Origin: Chrysomallon squamiferum
Lineage: Eukaryota > Animalia > Mollusca
Assembly: GCA_012295275.1 (NCBI GenBank)
Contig: CM022671.1
Location: 18,910,001-18,974,000 of the forward strand
Direction: 5' to 3'
Length of the DNA: 64,000 bases
Shown: in pieces, positions 1-64,000 of the stretch
Position numbering within the stretch: position 1 is the stretch's first letter
Layout: each line of letters opens with the position of its first letter
Program-made: the position numbers and the translations under genes
Notes under the pieces: model-generated
What the model saw: the letters and a program-made list of their open reading frames with translations, nothing else
Database searches by the model: none
Told to the model about the DNA's origin: nothing

Positions 1-2379
1 TATCAAGTATCCACAAGTAAGTTTAAACATTATTTACCAAAGACATCATTAAACATATCATTTCTCTGAAGCCTTTGATGAATAAACTTTGTCTTCTGTA
101 GTTCTGTACAGACCCTGTCTTGATAACGGTGTAGTCCTTTTTTTCTTTCTGACTTAAATATTTTTTCCACTGCCATAAATGTAAAGAGCCCAGTGTATAT
201 GATTTATGGGGTACTATATAAATGCACAAATTATTATTAGTGGTAGTTTTTTAATGTTTTGATACAATTGGAAAACAACAGACAAGACTGAGTCTATTTT
301 CAAAGTTCATTTTTTCTTGGATTTAGTAAGAATGATTTCTAATTTATAAAGTAATGATTTCAGTATAATTTGCCAACAATTCTTTGGTTAAAAAAAAAAA
401 TGTATACAGATTTTTAAATTTTGTGTTTTTAAATTATTTAAATGAAAAAGATGATTTATTTATTAGCATTATATTTTATGTTATTACTAATCAGATAATC
501 TATTGAAATTTGAAGTCTGAACAAAAATTGTAGTACCTTTTCTTTATGTATAAGTAATCGGTTTTATTTAGGATTATTTTATATACTTTTTCTGTTTAAA
601 TGAATATTTTCCTTATTATTTAGTGATAGTTAAGTGTGTGTGTGTAAATGTTTATGTGCATGTTTCTGTCTATCTTTCTATATCTCTATCTTTAGCAATT
701 TATTTTGATCTCTATCTATTCAGAATAAATAACCTAATAATGTCTTTTAAAAAAATGACATTTTGATGAGATTTTTTATGAATAATAAATTATCCTGATT
801 TGAATATGAATACTGTTTCAAGTCATGTAGTTGCTACTTATCAGTGTGGCACATGAATAGATACAAGCCATGTTCACTCATAACAGAACTGGCATCATCA
901 TAAAGCAATTTATTATAAAGTTCACTGTTATCAGTAACATATTACACATATATCAACAGTATTTTTCTATTTATGGAATTAAAATTTGTTGTTTTAAGCT
1001 TGTCTGCATCATATATTTTTAATTTGGTGTATTCAATAACCACTTGGAATTACAGATTGTAGCCACAAAAATTATGATAATTTCATTCTGTTTAAATGTT
1101 TTTATTGTAATATGTATGTAGTTGTCTTTAATAATTTATAGAGAAAATTCATTTTTCAAATCTACAGTGAAAGCTGCCTCAACTGGATCATTTCAGATGT
1201 ATAATTTTAGTTCAGTAAAAACAAATATATGTTTGGTTAATCCTTCAAACATGGTAACTCTAATGACAAATAACAACACATAGAAAATAGTCCCACAGTG
1301 TGTATAATAATAAAGTACTGTGCTATTATAAATATATTATTCTAATCTTTTGAAAATGGAGAGAAAATAATACAAACTCATCTATATGATGAGTGTATAT
1401 TTTACTGTTTCTATACCTGAGAAATATCATTCAGCATGTTGAGTTAGTTATTTCTTTAAATATGAAATGAAAAGTTTATTTTTATTATTTATCCATTTAA
1501 ATCCAGATTCTTTGTTCTTTCTACTGTTTGTTGTTATATTTTTATTTTTTATTTATTTTTTATTTTTTTTTACTACTTCACTTTAAAAGGAAGTGGAAAA
1601 GTGACATTCCATATTTCATCTAAACATCCATTAATTATACTCCATGAAAAAAAATAAAGATACAAAGTGACCACAGAGGGAGTAAAAATATTTCAAAATA
1701 CATTTTAATCTTATGTGAATATGTGACAAACCCTTGACTCATTTAAGATATACTAGTTGAGACAAGCAGCAACATGAATATTCATGAGCTATCTACTGAT
1801 ATTTACATGTTATTTAACTGACCAGTTCCTGGCAGCTGTCACACAGACTTTCATACTGAAGCTTATTTATGAAAATTGCTCGAAGCTCTTTGGATTGGTG
1901 TATTTGTTATATACTGGTTGTCATTTACTTTTCTCTCTTTCTGCATCTATTTTTTAAATTATTGTCGATGTCTAGTTAAATCCTTTTTAATCTGCTGTTT
2001 CCAGTTTGTGTCAAGTCTCCATGTGACAGACTTGATGCATTTACTGGCAGGGAGACTGTATTAATTTAATAACAGCATTTCCATCCACTTAATGTTCATG
2101 CTTGATGGTGAGGGAGTGTATTTTCCTTTGTAAACACCATAGGTGAAGTGCTGTTTTAAAACAACTGCTCTGGATTTTGTGCTTAACAGTTGTGATTTTA
2201 TTATATTTTTATTTATTATTTGTTTAATTTCTGTTTCAAAAAGTGATAAGAGTAAATAACGTCTCTAGGAAGAAACATTATGTGTTTCTTTGTGACAGGA
2301 AATTATTTTGTTAGTTACTGTCATTTAAAATTTATAATTTTCGCTTGAGTAGCTGAGAGATTTATTTTTACCTTCCATT

Positions 2380-2535
2380 ACTTTACTGTGAAAGAAAGGA
2401 GAACATCACTGAGAGTGAACCTGTGGATTTCACTATTGCAGAAATTCTGCACTTTTGTGTGAGATACTTTCTGCACTTCATTGTGAGAGAACATCTTCAC
2501 TTCATTTGTGAAAGGGAATTGTTGCACTTCATTAT
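2380..2535 (+). repeat. Degenerate tandem repeat, ~24-bp unit (TTCTGCACTTCATTGTGAGA-like), upstream of the exon 1A ATG
   Basis: CACTTCATT / CTGCACTT / GTGAGA recur 4-6 times. Confidence 0.6.
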
Positions 2536-2741
2536 CACTCATTTGATTAAACCTTTACCAATTCAGCTGCTGATTTTTTAAATCAAATTCTTACCTTTTG
2601 GATGGTCTTTTCCATTTCGTTGTCAAATCCTGGTCCACCACTCTTTCCCTTCATAGTGAAACAGAAGAAGTGAAATTACAAATTGTTGTGAGATTATTTG
2701 AAGTGACTTTTTCAATTTTCTCGTGAGACTGAACTGACAAC

Positions 2742-53997
<51,256 letters not shown>

Positions 53998-56900
53998 TGG
54001 CTAGATTTTGTATCCAAGACAACGCCAATAACATCTGAATATCTCATCATTCCAAGTTGCAGACTGTCATGTAGTTTCCACTGGAACACAGACATGCTGA
54101 TGTGGCCGACATGTTGATATGGTTTTATTCCTAGATTCTATGTCGCATCCATATCTTTTAATTAGTAATTGGGTGCGGGTAATTTGAATTTTCTGTTTTT
54201 GTTTAATTTCCTGTAATTCTTTTATTCCTCTTCTTTTTTTTTTTTTTTTTTTTTTTTATTAAAATGAAGAATAGACAAGATTGATGATAACTGGACTTTG
54301 TTTTAAATAACATGATTTAATATGTGAAGTATACCTACTGAGAACTGACTAATCATTGTAATAGATAATAGTTAAGTTTCAGTTGTTAAGAGTATTAACT
54401 AAAGATGTAACATGTACTTGTTATAGAACTAACATTGATAATAGGAAATGTTTTACCATATGGCTTGTGGCTTTATGTACATTTTTGAAGGTTTTTTATT
54501 TATTTTTTTTCCTTTTTCCTTTTTTATTTTTTTGTTATTTTATTTTATTTTATTTTATTTTATTTTTTTTTTTTTTTATTTTTTTATCTTTTCTTAATGA
54601 ATTTACTATTTTTCCTATTATCACAAATGTTTCTTATCTTTTGTCAAATTATGTAAAAAGTCATATACATCCTTTGCAGTAATTGCTTGTTTTAATTGTG
54701 AATTTTCATTTTCTGTAGAAAAACTGAATCACCAGTTTGATTCCAGTGTACATAATTACAGTTTGAATGGAAAGTAGATAAAATCAATTTAGATTTTTCT
54801 CTCCAATTAATATTGACTAAAACATTTTTGTTAAATAGTTCATCATCTTTTTTTCCCTTTTGTTTTGAATTTAAAAAAATATTTAAATCATACACTATCA
54901 GTGACATCACATCATTTGTTTTTTCATTTTCTTTTTTTTAAATTACAATTCTTATAAAAGCAGATAAGATTACTTTCTTCCTGCTAATAACTGTTACAAA
55001 AGCGCACAATTGTGGTATCCTGTTTTCTCAACAAAACAAAACAAAAGCAGATTTTGTGCATAGCTTAAATTGCTTACTTTTCTTAGTCTTGCATTTGATA
55101 CCTTAAGCAGAGTTTTTAATTTCATTTCATTCTTCTTTTTTTCTCCTTTGCTTTCATCATTAATGAACCATGTTCCTGAGACATTAAAAATGTAAGACTT
55201 CAGATTCAAACCTTGGTGTGTTTTAATTTTAAACCTAAGGCTAATATTTTTAAAGTTTCACCTGCATGCCCACTGATTACATTGGTTTTATATCTTACAC
55301 AAATGATGCCATCTTTTTTCTCTTTTTTCCCCCTTTTTTTATCAAACCTCATGACTGTTCATGAGTTAATATAGTAACTGCATGAATTAACTTTACATAC
55401 TTGAAAAAAAGAAAGCTTTTTGCATCATCTTTTTGCTTGATTTTTATTCATAATACTGAAAAAATAACAAAAAAAAACAAAAAATTTTTTTTAGAAAATA
55501 AAAATAAATAAATATGAATGTAATAAGATAAAGGTTTAGGATACTGAAATGTTTATCCTTGTTTATTATGCTAATGTATATTTTACTGTTGTGTGGTGAA
55601 GTGTTCCTAAGCTTTTATGTATTTGCTACTGATTATCTTTTTTTCTTTTCATGTATCATTAATCATTTTAGCTGTGGTTAGTGAAGACATAATTACGACA
55701 TATTTGTAATAAAACTAATTCATGAAAAATGATAGTGGTTATAGGCTGCACAGACAAAATAAATGTAAAAAGTGTTGAAAAGGCAGACTGTTTCTCAGGG
55801 AAACCTAGAATGGTTAAATAAGATGGATTAGTGCTGTGAGTGCGAAAGAGAAATTTTGATTCAGTTTAGATTTTAATAATATAATTAAATGTTTTTCTGG
55901 TATATTAATTTTCTGTTATCTTGATAAAATTTCTAACCTGTTGTTAGGACACTGTATACATGTGATTGATTTAAATTACAAATAATCATTTCAGCTGTAC
56001 AAATATATTTTTAACTAACATTTTTTAGAATTTAAGAAGCAGTGACTATACAGATCAATCCAGTTTTATGAAGAAAAAAAAACATCATTTGTTTTTTAAA
56101 TCAACATTGTGGGCAGTAATTGTCATCCTGTTATTTTTACTAGTGTTCTGGTCAGAAATATTCTTATAATGTCACATAACTGGGCAAAGCCTTATTATAT
56201 CAGTATTCATAAATATTTCTTACACCTTTTAACAAACTATACAAATTTCACTTTATCTGTCTCAGATTAAAACATTTTATTCTTAGTTCAAATTTTCATC
56301 TTCTAGGTGTGCTGGGTGTTTTTCTCTTCTTTAAATCTTATTCACAAACATGACTAACAATAAAATTCAGTTTTGTTTACTGTAGGAGGAAAAAAATCTG
56401 TTACAGTAATTATGAGTCTTATTTCTTTTTGTGTTCAGCATTCAAGAAGTGTTTTTTAAAACAAAATAACAGTTGGGATATTCTTTGGACTTTTTCTTCT
56501 TTATTTTAAATGTTTTAAAATTGTTGAAAATGTGAACTAGATACTATATTGTCAGTATTGCCAAATTTGCTCTCCAAGACTAAGAGGAACTGTGATACAA
56601 AGATTGTATCAAAATGTATGTGATACACAACAAATTGTCTAATGTTTTTTTGCATATCAAAATTTTTTATTGCTTTTTCACCTCTTGTTCTTTTCCTTTC
56701 TATTTTGTAATGGCCTCTTTTTGTCTGTTTGGGATTTAGGTTTGTTCTTAAAATTGCTTACGATAATGTAAGATCTTCATTTCCTTTGGCTTTGGACTTT
56801 TTAAATTCAAAGTTAGATTCAGCAAATATGGAATTGGGCGCAGTTAATTTATTTACAGGAATGCTAAGAAAAATAAATATAAAAAAATGAAATTACAAAA

Positions 56901-57896
56901 ATCATCAACTCATTTCCCATTCTAAAAGTTCATTGTTCAGTATGTTGTTGAATTTGCAGTATAAGAATAGATTTTTAATTAGCTTTGTAGTTGATGTGCA
57001 TATGACATTTTAACTTTTTCTTAATAAATTGTATGCAGCAATATAATTTTCATTAATAAAGTTTTGCTTATTGTATCAATATTAAATACGATTCAGGCAT
57101 GTAGCCAGAAGATACTTTTTCTTGTCACCATCTATTAAGTGTACAGCATGCATAGCACTCATTTTTTTCTCTTTTTTATATTTACCTTCTTATATAGAAT
57201 ATATCGTTTGAAATGTATTACACATATCCCAGAATTACTTCAACGTGTATAGTCCGGAGATTATTTTAATTTACACATCCCAGTGCTATGCATAACAAGA
57301 GGTCTCGTCTGTACACTACTATGAAGGTTTCTAAAAAATAGACTAATTCATCATGGTGATCTGAGATTAAATTTGATTGGTTTTGATTCACACATTATTG
57401 AGTAATAATTTTGTGTGATTAGTGCATGATTTGTAAAGAGAAATGGACATTAAAGTAAGATCTGAAAGTGTAAATCAGAAAGTAAATCAGCAGATAAAAA
57501 AAATATATATTAAAAATGAAATAAAATAAAATTTAAAAAAAAAAGAACAAAACATCAAAGAAATATTATCTTTTAAAATTTGCTGTTTTAACATAAAATT
57601 GTAAAATATGTTGTAGTTTACATTTAAATTTTTTTTTTTTTTATTTACTGGATTTATTATGTATTTTTGCAGTGAATATTTATTAACAGATTGTAAATGG
57701 CAGTTTTGGAACAAACAGAAATTTAATGTGGGCAACAACTTTTACTTGTAGCTTTATGGTATGATATTTGAAGGTTTTAAATGTCCATTTCTCAACTACT
57801 GATCATACATACCATTTATGCCTAGTCGATTGTTAAATATAAAACATGAATGGTATTATGTAATTGGAAATGTATAACATGTATAATTTAGTAGAA

Positions 57897-57940
57897 AATA
57901 AAATTCACATCAGATAATATTGTCTTTTGTTGCTTTGTTC
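57897..57940 (+). terminator. Candidate distal polyadenylation signal of AHCYL (AATAAA plus GU-rich downstream element)
   Basis: AATAAA at 57897-57902, TGTA elements just upstream and TGTCTTTTGTTGCTTTGT downstream. Other AATAAA at 57023 and 57055 could be proximal sites. Confidence 0.5.
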
Positions 57941-59417
57941 AGGGTTTAACACTGCAAATATAAAGCGATTACTGTAAATTGAAATTGTTCAGAAATTGTT
58001 TTCTTTAAAATGTTGAAAGTTACGTCAGTAACCATGTACAGTCACAATTTTGACTTTTCTTGTACCTGTGATGACTGCTTTAGAAGTCAGTAAACAGAGT
58101 CTGGTGTATTATCACATTTTTATCTATCCTAAATGATATCTGGGCAATTACTTGTTCTATAATTTAGAACAGGGAGTCAACAGAACAAGACTTTAGTCAC
58201 TTCCAATTCTTCTGTGTTGTTTTAAACAAAAAAAGAATACTACTACTAGTGAAAATTGCCATGAACCCACTCAAAGGATGACCACAATTTAAATGGTGAA
58301 AATTTTATGTTCTGTACAAAAAAAAAAAGAAGAAATGTATGAAATTATAACAAAAACCTATTAAACATTAAATAAATCATATTTAATGACATAAAAATGT
58401 AAAATGGTAAAGAATGAATGATGAAAACATGGTAACCATGGCATGAATTACTAATTTCATTTTAATAACAAAATCCAACACTTTTCTGTGATACTGGAAT
58501 TGATGTTGGTGTGACAATGTACCCCAAGTATTGACCAGAATCACATAGAACTTACACATAATATATGTACAAGAATTTCATTAAAGAAACATCACTTAAC
58601 AAGTATGAACATAATAACAATCAATGAAAGATAAATTTTAAATCAAAAAAGAAATATTTTGGTAAAACATTCAAATAAATAAAAAAAAAGTAAATATAAT
58701 TATATACAATTAAATCCAGGTGATGATTTTACATTTTTCAGTTTCATTAAAATGAAAGAAATTTATACATTCTTTTTCTCACATATATTCTGATAATCTT
58801 CTGTTCTAGCATGATTTCTGTTATAGCCTTCAGGCTTCAAAATACCACAATTCATCAGTTAAAGGTTTCTGAACAAATGAGTTATTATATATCATATTAA
58901 AAAAAAATTCTACTTCTTCCTCATTTCATACTCAAGACTATTCGTTTTTCACTGAAAAATTCATTCAGTTTTACACCATAAAAACACAGCAGTTAGAAGC
59001 AGTTTTTAATCACCACTAGTACCAATATTTTATTGTTGAGCTTTACTTTAAATAAAAGACAAATCCTGGTAACAGTAAAGAGCAGCGTTGTTTTATTTAT
59101 GGAGATGCGATTACTGAAATATCAAAAAAAAGTTACTGAGTCATCTTTGAAGAATTAGTCAATACAGTAACGTTTGCAGTATATTACTGAAGTTTCTGTG
59201 GTGATGAACTAATTTTATATGAAGGGGAAGAACTATAGTGAAAAAATAAATAAATATTAAAATAAAATAAATGGCACACTTTCATGGTATAGTTTCAAAA
59301 GATAAATATACTTTACAAACAATTAAATTTCATGGGGAAATACTCTGAAAAAAAAAATTACAATAAAGAGCATTTTTTTAATTAATATTTCCAAATATAA
59401 GAACTTTTAAATACAGC

Positions 59418-59452
<35 letters not shown>

Positions 59453-59668
59453 CTTTTAAATCAAATTTTTTTTTTTTTATAATATGTACAATTATTAGAC
59501 ATTACACAATGATTGGTTAAAGCCATGAATAAAACAAAATTATGAAAAATAATGCAAAATGATTTGATAACAATTTATTTTATTACAATTTCCACAAAGG
59601 AAAACCATAACTTTAAATTTTTTATAACATATATATATATATCTATATTTCTATATCTGATTTAACTG

Positions 59669-59835
59669 TCATGAGACTTGATCCTGTTCATTTGAAGTTA
59701 CTTCTACTGCTTGAGTTGCATCAGGCACCTCCAACTTAAGTGAGTTGAGTGGTGCCATGGCAACCTGAACACTACCTATCATGCTCATGTTTGAAGTCAC
59801 AGTCTGGTATATTGATGTTGGCAAAGTAACAATAC
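59669..59835 (-). CDS. NRF1: NRF1 last coding exon (GIVTLPTSIYQTV...VQVAMAP...QAVEVTSNEQDQVS*)
   Basis: TTTCAG| acceptor; matches the NRF1 C-terminal activator-binding motif; TGA at 59671-59669. Confidence 0.93.
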
Positions 59836-62800
59836 CTGAAATGAGAAAAAATATAGATTACAAACCTCCAAGTTTATACTCAAAACTAATTAATAAAAAC
59901 ATAAATTATTCCATTTTTAAATTTGAAATATCATTATAACCCAAATATTATTATTTTTTTAATATATTCCTGAACTTGCTTTTCCTTAAGGTCTTTAAAA
60001 ACAGAAAAATATTTGGTCCAACAATAGGATGAATTATCAAAACATTACCAGAGTTTTTAATTTATTTTTTATGGCTCCTGCTATATAAAAATGCATACCT
60101 CCTAACCCACTATCAGACGAAAACACCAACTGTCCACTCTGATTGATAGAAGCTCCAGATATTGCAGTCAGATTTCCTGCAGACACCTCCACAGTGACTG
60201 GAGTCATCTGATTCATATATGTGCCTAGTTCATTCTGATTAGCTGCTACTTCTGCCAATGTCTGCACTGCTTGAGTGGCTTCTTGTTGCTGGTTTTCATG
60301 CAGCTGCTATAAACAAACAAATAAATACACAAATATTGAAAAAAATTAAATACTGAACAAAATATTGGTTAATATATTCTGAATATCAATGTCAAATCAA
60401 GTGATTCATTGATTGGCTCATGTTAGCTCATTTTATCTTAAATTTTAGTAAATACAAAATAATAAAGATTATTGATAAAAAGAAAAAGGTAATTCGTCTA
60501 TACACATTTTCATCTACATTTAGGATATTCTGATTAAATATCCAACTTTATGCATTTACCTCAGAACTGACAGCATGAACAACAGTAGCTTGTGTTCCAT
60601 CTGCCAAAGTGATGACAGAATTTCCTTGAGGTCCAGTGTCAATATGGATAATTGAAACAGTGCCATCTGGATTGCTAATGGTCTGGACCATTGTTCCATT
60701 AAAGTGAGCGTGGCTTTGTTCTGCCTGCTGACAGTTAGAGTCACTAAAGACATGTAGAAGATCATCTCGGCCATGATGTTTGTAACAGTTCTTCACAATA
60801 GTTCTAAGAGCTTCTGTCCATGACACCTGTGATCAAATTATTATATTTATTAAATTAGCAATGCACTGAATCAGGTATTACAACCATATGGAAAATATTG
60901 AATTATATTTGAACAATCAGCAGTGAAAATAAGATGTCTGGGTGTGCTTGCATTCATGTGTGCATGTGTGCATGCATGTGTTCCATACATTTTTCTTCTC
61001 TTCCTCTGTGCGTGCATCACTGCGAACATTTGCCCAAGGCAGGTCACATGGCCACCAGACAGGACGACACTCGAATTTTCCCCATCCTGGTTTGCTTCTT
61101 CCTGTTGAGTATTTTAGCATTTCTGGAATAAAGTTTCTCAGCTGAGCCTGAAAATAAAAAAGATTTTCTGCTTATTAAAATGAGCATATTTTTATTACAA
61201 ACTTGAAAGTTTCACCAAAAACTGTTATCTGTCATATACTTTTGCATACAAATCATTATGACTGCAATCCAGTAAAGAACAGATTAAAACTAAATGAATA
61301 TCTATTAATAAAAATATAATCACACTACATGATTACAACCTGTGTCATTTTGTCCACAGGAGTTGGAATGCCATCAATAACAAGGGGAGGTAAGTCATGC
61401 AAATGATTCATGGAGGCATTTCCAGAAGGTGCCTGCTCTTCAAGTGATGACTCAAGTTCCTGAACAATCATATCTCGACAACTTCGCATCTGAAATATCA
61501 CCAAAAAAATACAGAAACATTTCAATTACAAAAAGGTTATTATTGGTCATGAACATTGATAAATCAATTTATAAATTTCATTTTGATATTAAACATAAGA
61601 AAAAACCCAGAAAAACAAGAAAAATGTAATGTGTGTATATTTAATATTGTATATATGTGTGTTTAATACAATACAAAAAATAAATCAATTAACAATATTC
61701 TTTTTGATATTAAACATTACTAAAAATATATAAATAAATTTAATAAATGCATTCTTTTATTTGTATATATTAAATGACCATATCCATATGTTTGCTTGAA
61801 TGTTTGTATGTATGTAGTTAGGTAGGTTAATATTTAGTGCTAACTTTTTGAGAAATGATATTTTGAACATTGACAACATTGCAACAGAATCAACAAGCAT
61901 GACATGCTATTTTCAGTTACTCATACCATCAGCTTGATTAATTAACAAAAAAACTGTGTCCATATATTGAGATCTGTTAAATTACTACCACAAGAAGTAC
62001 ATCATGAATTTTCAAGGCCGAGTATGCAATACTAAAAAAATGTCAAGTCATCAAAATGAGAAAAACAAATACTTAAAATGACAAATGTGAAAAAAACATT
62101 AAAAATGTTTTGACAGTATCCCATTCCATTTCTGATGATTGGTGTTGCCTATGATTTAAAAGCTTGAAAGTACTCCACACTGAGTAAATAAAGACAATAA
62201 ACTATTCTATCATTAACTTCAATTTCAGATATATCAATGCAATACTATCCTGAGTTTGTACTTGACATTTACATGATAGCTATGACATAGCATGTAACTG
62301 TAGCACTGAACTAGCAGCCTGCACATCTTGAACTAACATTATTACAATTTCAAATCCAAAAACACTTGATTAACAGTAAACCAGACACATACAGTATACA
62401 CTTGTGATTTCTTAGCTGTATTTTGATCCTGTACCTTTCTGATACATTCAGACTCACTTTCCAGACACATCTATGTTTTGTTGCATGGAGATAATAAGTA
62501 TATGTCTTGTTTTTCTTTTAATAACTTGGATTGTTTGAATTAAAACAAAATAATGTTTTTCGGTAATTAACACTGAAAATAAAGCAAGAAGTAGGCAGTG
62601 TAAGCTAATTTTCAAGTATTGATCAAAGCTAACTTCTGAAACTTAACCCATGGTGAATTCAGCTGAGTCAAACTGCCAGAAACCCCTCTGAAGTTCAAAC
62701 TACAAAAATTATTTTGAAATATAAAGATATTTTCTATTCCTGAATAAAATAAAAGACAAGTGTATAATACTAGCATTGTTGGTATCACAATCTGTTTCAG

Positions 62801-63624
62801 CAGCAGCCAAGGTGAATAACAGTAGTGTGTGCTCATCAACAATTTGAACACAAAAACTATCAGATGGCAAGTGGTGGCTGTTGTTATACTGGAAAAGGCT
62901 GCTGCTCTAGTGACATTGTGCTAAGTTTAAAATATCTTTCAAAAAGAAACTGAACAAGCTTTCAAATGGTATCAGTGATAAACCCATTGCAATATATCAT
63001 AATTTTAGTTTGAAGACAATTTTTCAAGAAAAACAGTAATTTTCCTTTTATTCCCATCTTGCCATATATCATTACAAAGCTCATTTTATTAAAAGCAGCT
63101 ATGTAGCCTGTCCACTTCCAGAGCCAGGCACCACATTAGTTGGGATTTGGTTTTCAATGATCAGCTCCAATTACAAATTCACAAACAACATAAAATTCAA
63201 GAGCAATTTTCCATGCAATTCATAATGTTACAGGTTGCTTGTAAGCTGAATTAAAAGAGATTAAAAAACACTGGTTTTGCACATTTTTTATGATGATGGT
63301 ATGAAATGTTACTGTCTGCCATTATCTATTGTATGTATATATTTGTGGAAGGAAGACAGAATTTATGTTAGAATATAAATTTTTTAAATCTCAGCTTTAC
63401 TTAAAATAAAAATGTATTTCATAAATGACATTTCAGTCGTATTTCAGAAACAAAATAATAGTTATTATTGAAATCAGCTGTAACTTGCCACAGACTCTAG
63501 AGGCTGAGAGCCAAATACTTTATATGAGGACCCAGACTGAGATGCTTTGCCAGGTGTACAACACAACACTACTGCCTGCTGTCCCACTCTAGTTGTGTAT
63601 TCATCCAGTGTACTTCTCAACTTT
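59669..63624 (-). CDS. NRF1: Nuclear respiratory factor 1 / erect wing / P3A2 family transcription factor, 3' six coding exons (5' part outside the window)
   Basis: Join(-) 63624-63489,61489-61340,61147-60989,60826-60560,60306-60099,59835-59669. The translation contains LDEYTTRVGQQA, LPPLxIDGIP, FIPEMLKYSTGRxKPGWG, PWANVRSD, VSWTxALRTIVKNCYK, VQTISNPDGTVS and QVAMAP...QAVEV. Confidence 0.96.
60099..60306 (-). CDS. NRF1: NRF1 exon (QLHENQQQEATQAVQTLAEVAA...SDSGLG), activation region
   Basis: TAG|CAG acceptor and G|GTATGC donor; AVxTLAE motif. Confidence 0.9.
60560..60826 (-). CDS. NRF1: NRF1 exon (VSWTEALRTIVKNCYKHHGRDDLL...DGTQATVVHAVSSE)
   Basis: Canonical sites. The donor is either GAG|GTAAAT (60560) or GCT|GTCAGT (60572). 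Confidence 0.92.
60989..61147 (-). CDS. NRF1: NRF1 exon (AQLRNFIPEMLKYSTGRSKPGWG...PWANVRSDARTEEEKKN)
   Basis: Canonical sites; conserved peptide. Confidence 0.96.
61340..61489 (-). CDS. NRF1: NRF1 exon (MRSCRDMIVQELE...LPPLVIDGIPTPVDKMTQ)
   Basis: Canonical sites; conserved DNA-binding-domain peptide. Confidence 0.95.
63489..63624 (-). CDS. NRF1: NRF1 exon (KLRSTLDEYTTRVGQQAVVLCCTPGKASQSGSSYKVFGSQPLESV), ends at a GC donor
   Basis: TTTTATAG| acceptor and GTG|GCAAGT donor; conserved peptide. Confidence 0.92.
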
Positions 63625-64000
63625 CTATAAAATTAAAATATCAGTATTAATATCAATAAGAGTAAATAATACTCTTCAAAACTATAAAAATAAACCAAAA
63701 AAGATATAAACATTTAGGTTTACTTTCTATACTAATTTTTCCCCCCAGCACGTGAAGCTAAAGAAAAGTAGAACAAATTAATATTTCAAAATAAATAAAA
63801 TTTAAATATATGATTTTGTGACTATTACTGCACCAGTTAAGACTTGATAGTTTGCTGAAATTTTACAAAAACCTAATCTGCTATCAAATTAAATTTCAAT
63901 GTCATTCGTAAGTAAGTAAAAAATATTTTAAACACCTACCAATTTTTTCCTCCAAGAAATATTAATTATTTTTTAAATGTTCAAATTCAAATAAACCTGA

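Noticed and set aside
1162-1190. TACAGTGAAAGCTG..., similar to a pogo/Tc1 MITE terminus
   Set aside because: No matching opposite terminal inverted repeat found nearby.
53998-54117. Open frame of ~39 codons after the AHCYL stop (read-through?)
   Set aside because: TAA-T is not a leaky context and the conserved YRY C-terminus is complete.
60945-60980. TGTGCATGTGTGCATGCATG in an NRF1 intron as an autoregulatory NRF1 site
   Set aside because: Lacks the GCGC cores; an ordinary (TG/CATG) simple repeat.

Overview
AT-rich, microsatellite-rich animal genomic DNA, probably molluscan or other lophotrochozoan (inferred from composition and one decayed SINE). It holds two convergent spliced genes. (1) On +, a complete AHCYL1/AHCYL2-type gene (IRBIT, adenosylhomocysteinase-like). 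I reconstructed 19 coding exons (2742-53997) by hand; all junctions are GT-AG and phase-compatible, giving a 517-aa protein with the IRBIT serine-rich N-terminus and a SAHH-like pseudo-enzyme core. (2) On -, the last six coding exons of an NRF1/erect wing/P3A2 transcription factor (63624-59669), including a GC-AG intron. The most notable feature is the 27-kb third intron of the IRBIT gene. It carries one strong and several weaker alternative ATG-bearing first exons, all ending in phase-1 donors that fit the exon at 36805. The strong one re-creates the IRBIT phospho-serine ladder with a PKA-type priming site, lacks the PP1 motif, and has an internal in-frame donor that would remove the ladder. 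Other oddities: tandemly duplicated splice sites giving in-frame alternatives, a ~230-bp near-palindrome, and a degenerate minisatellite. No prokaryotic features, CRISPR, rRNA or intact tRNA were seen. Homology calls rest on recalled protein sequences, not database searches.
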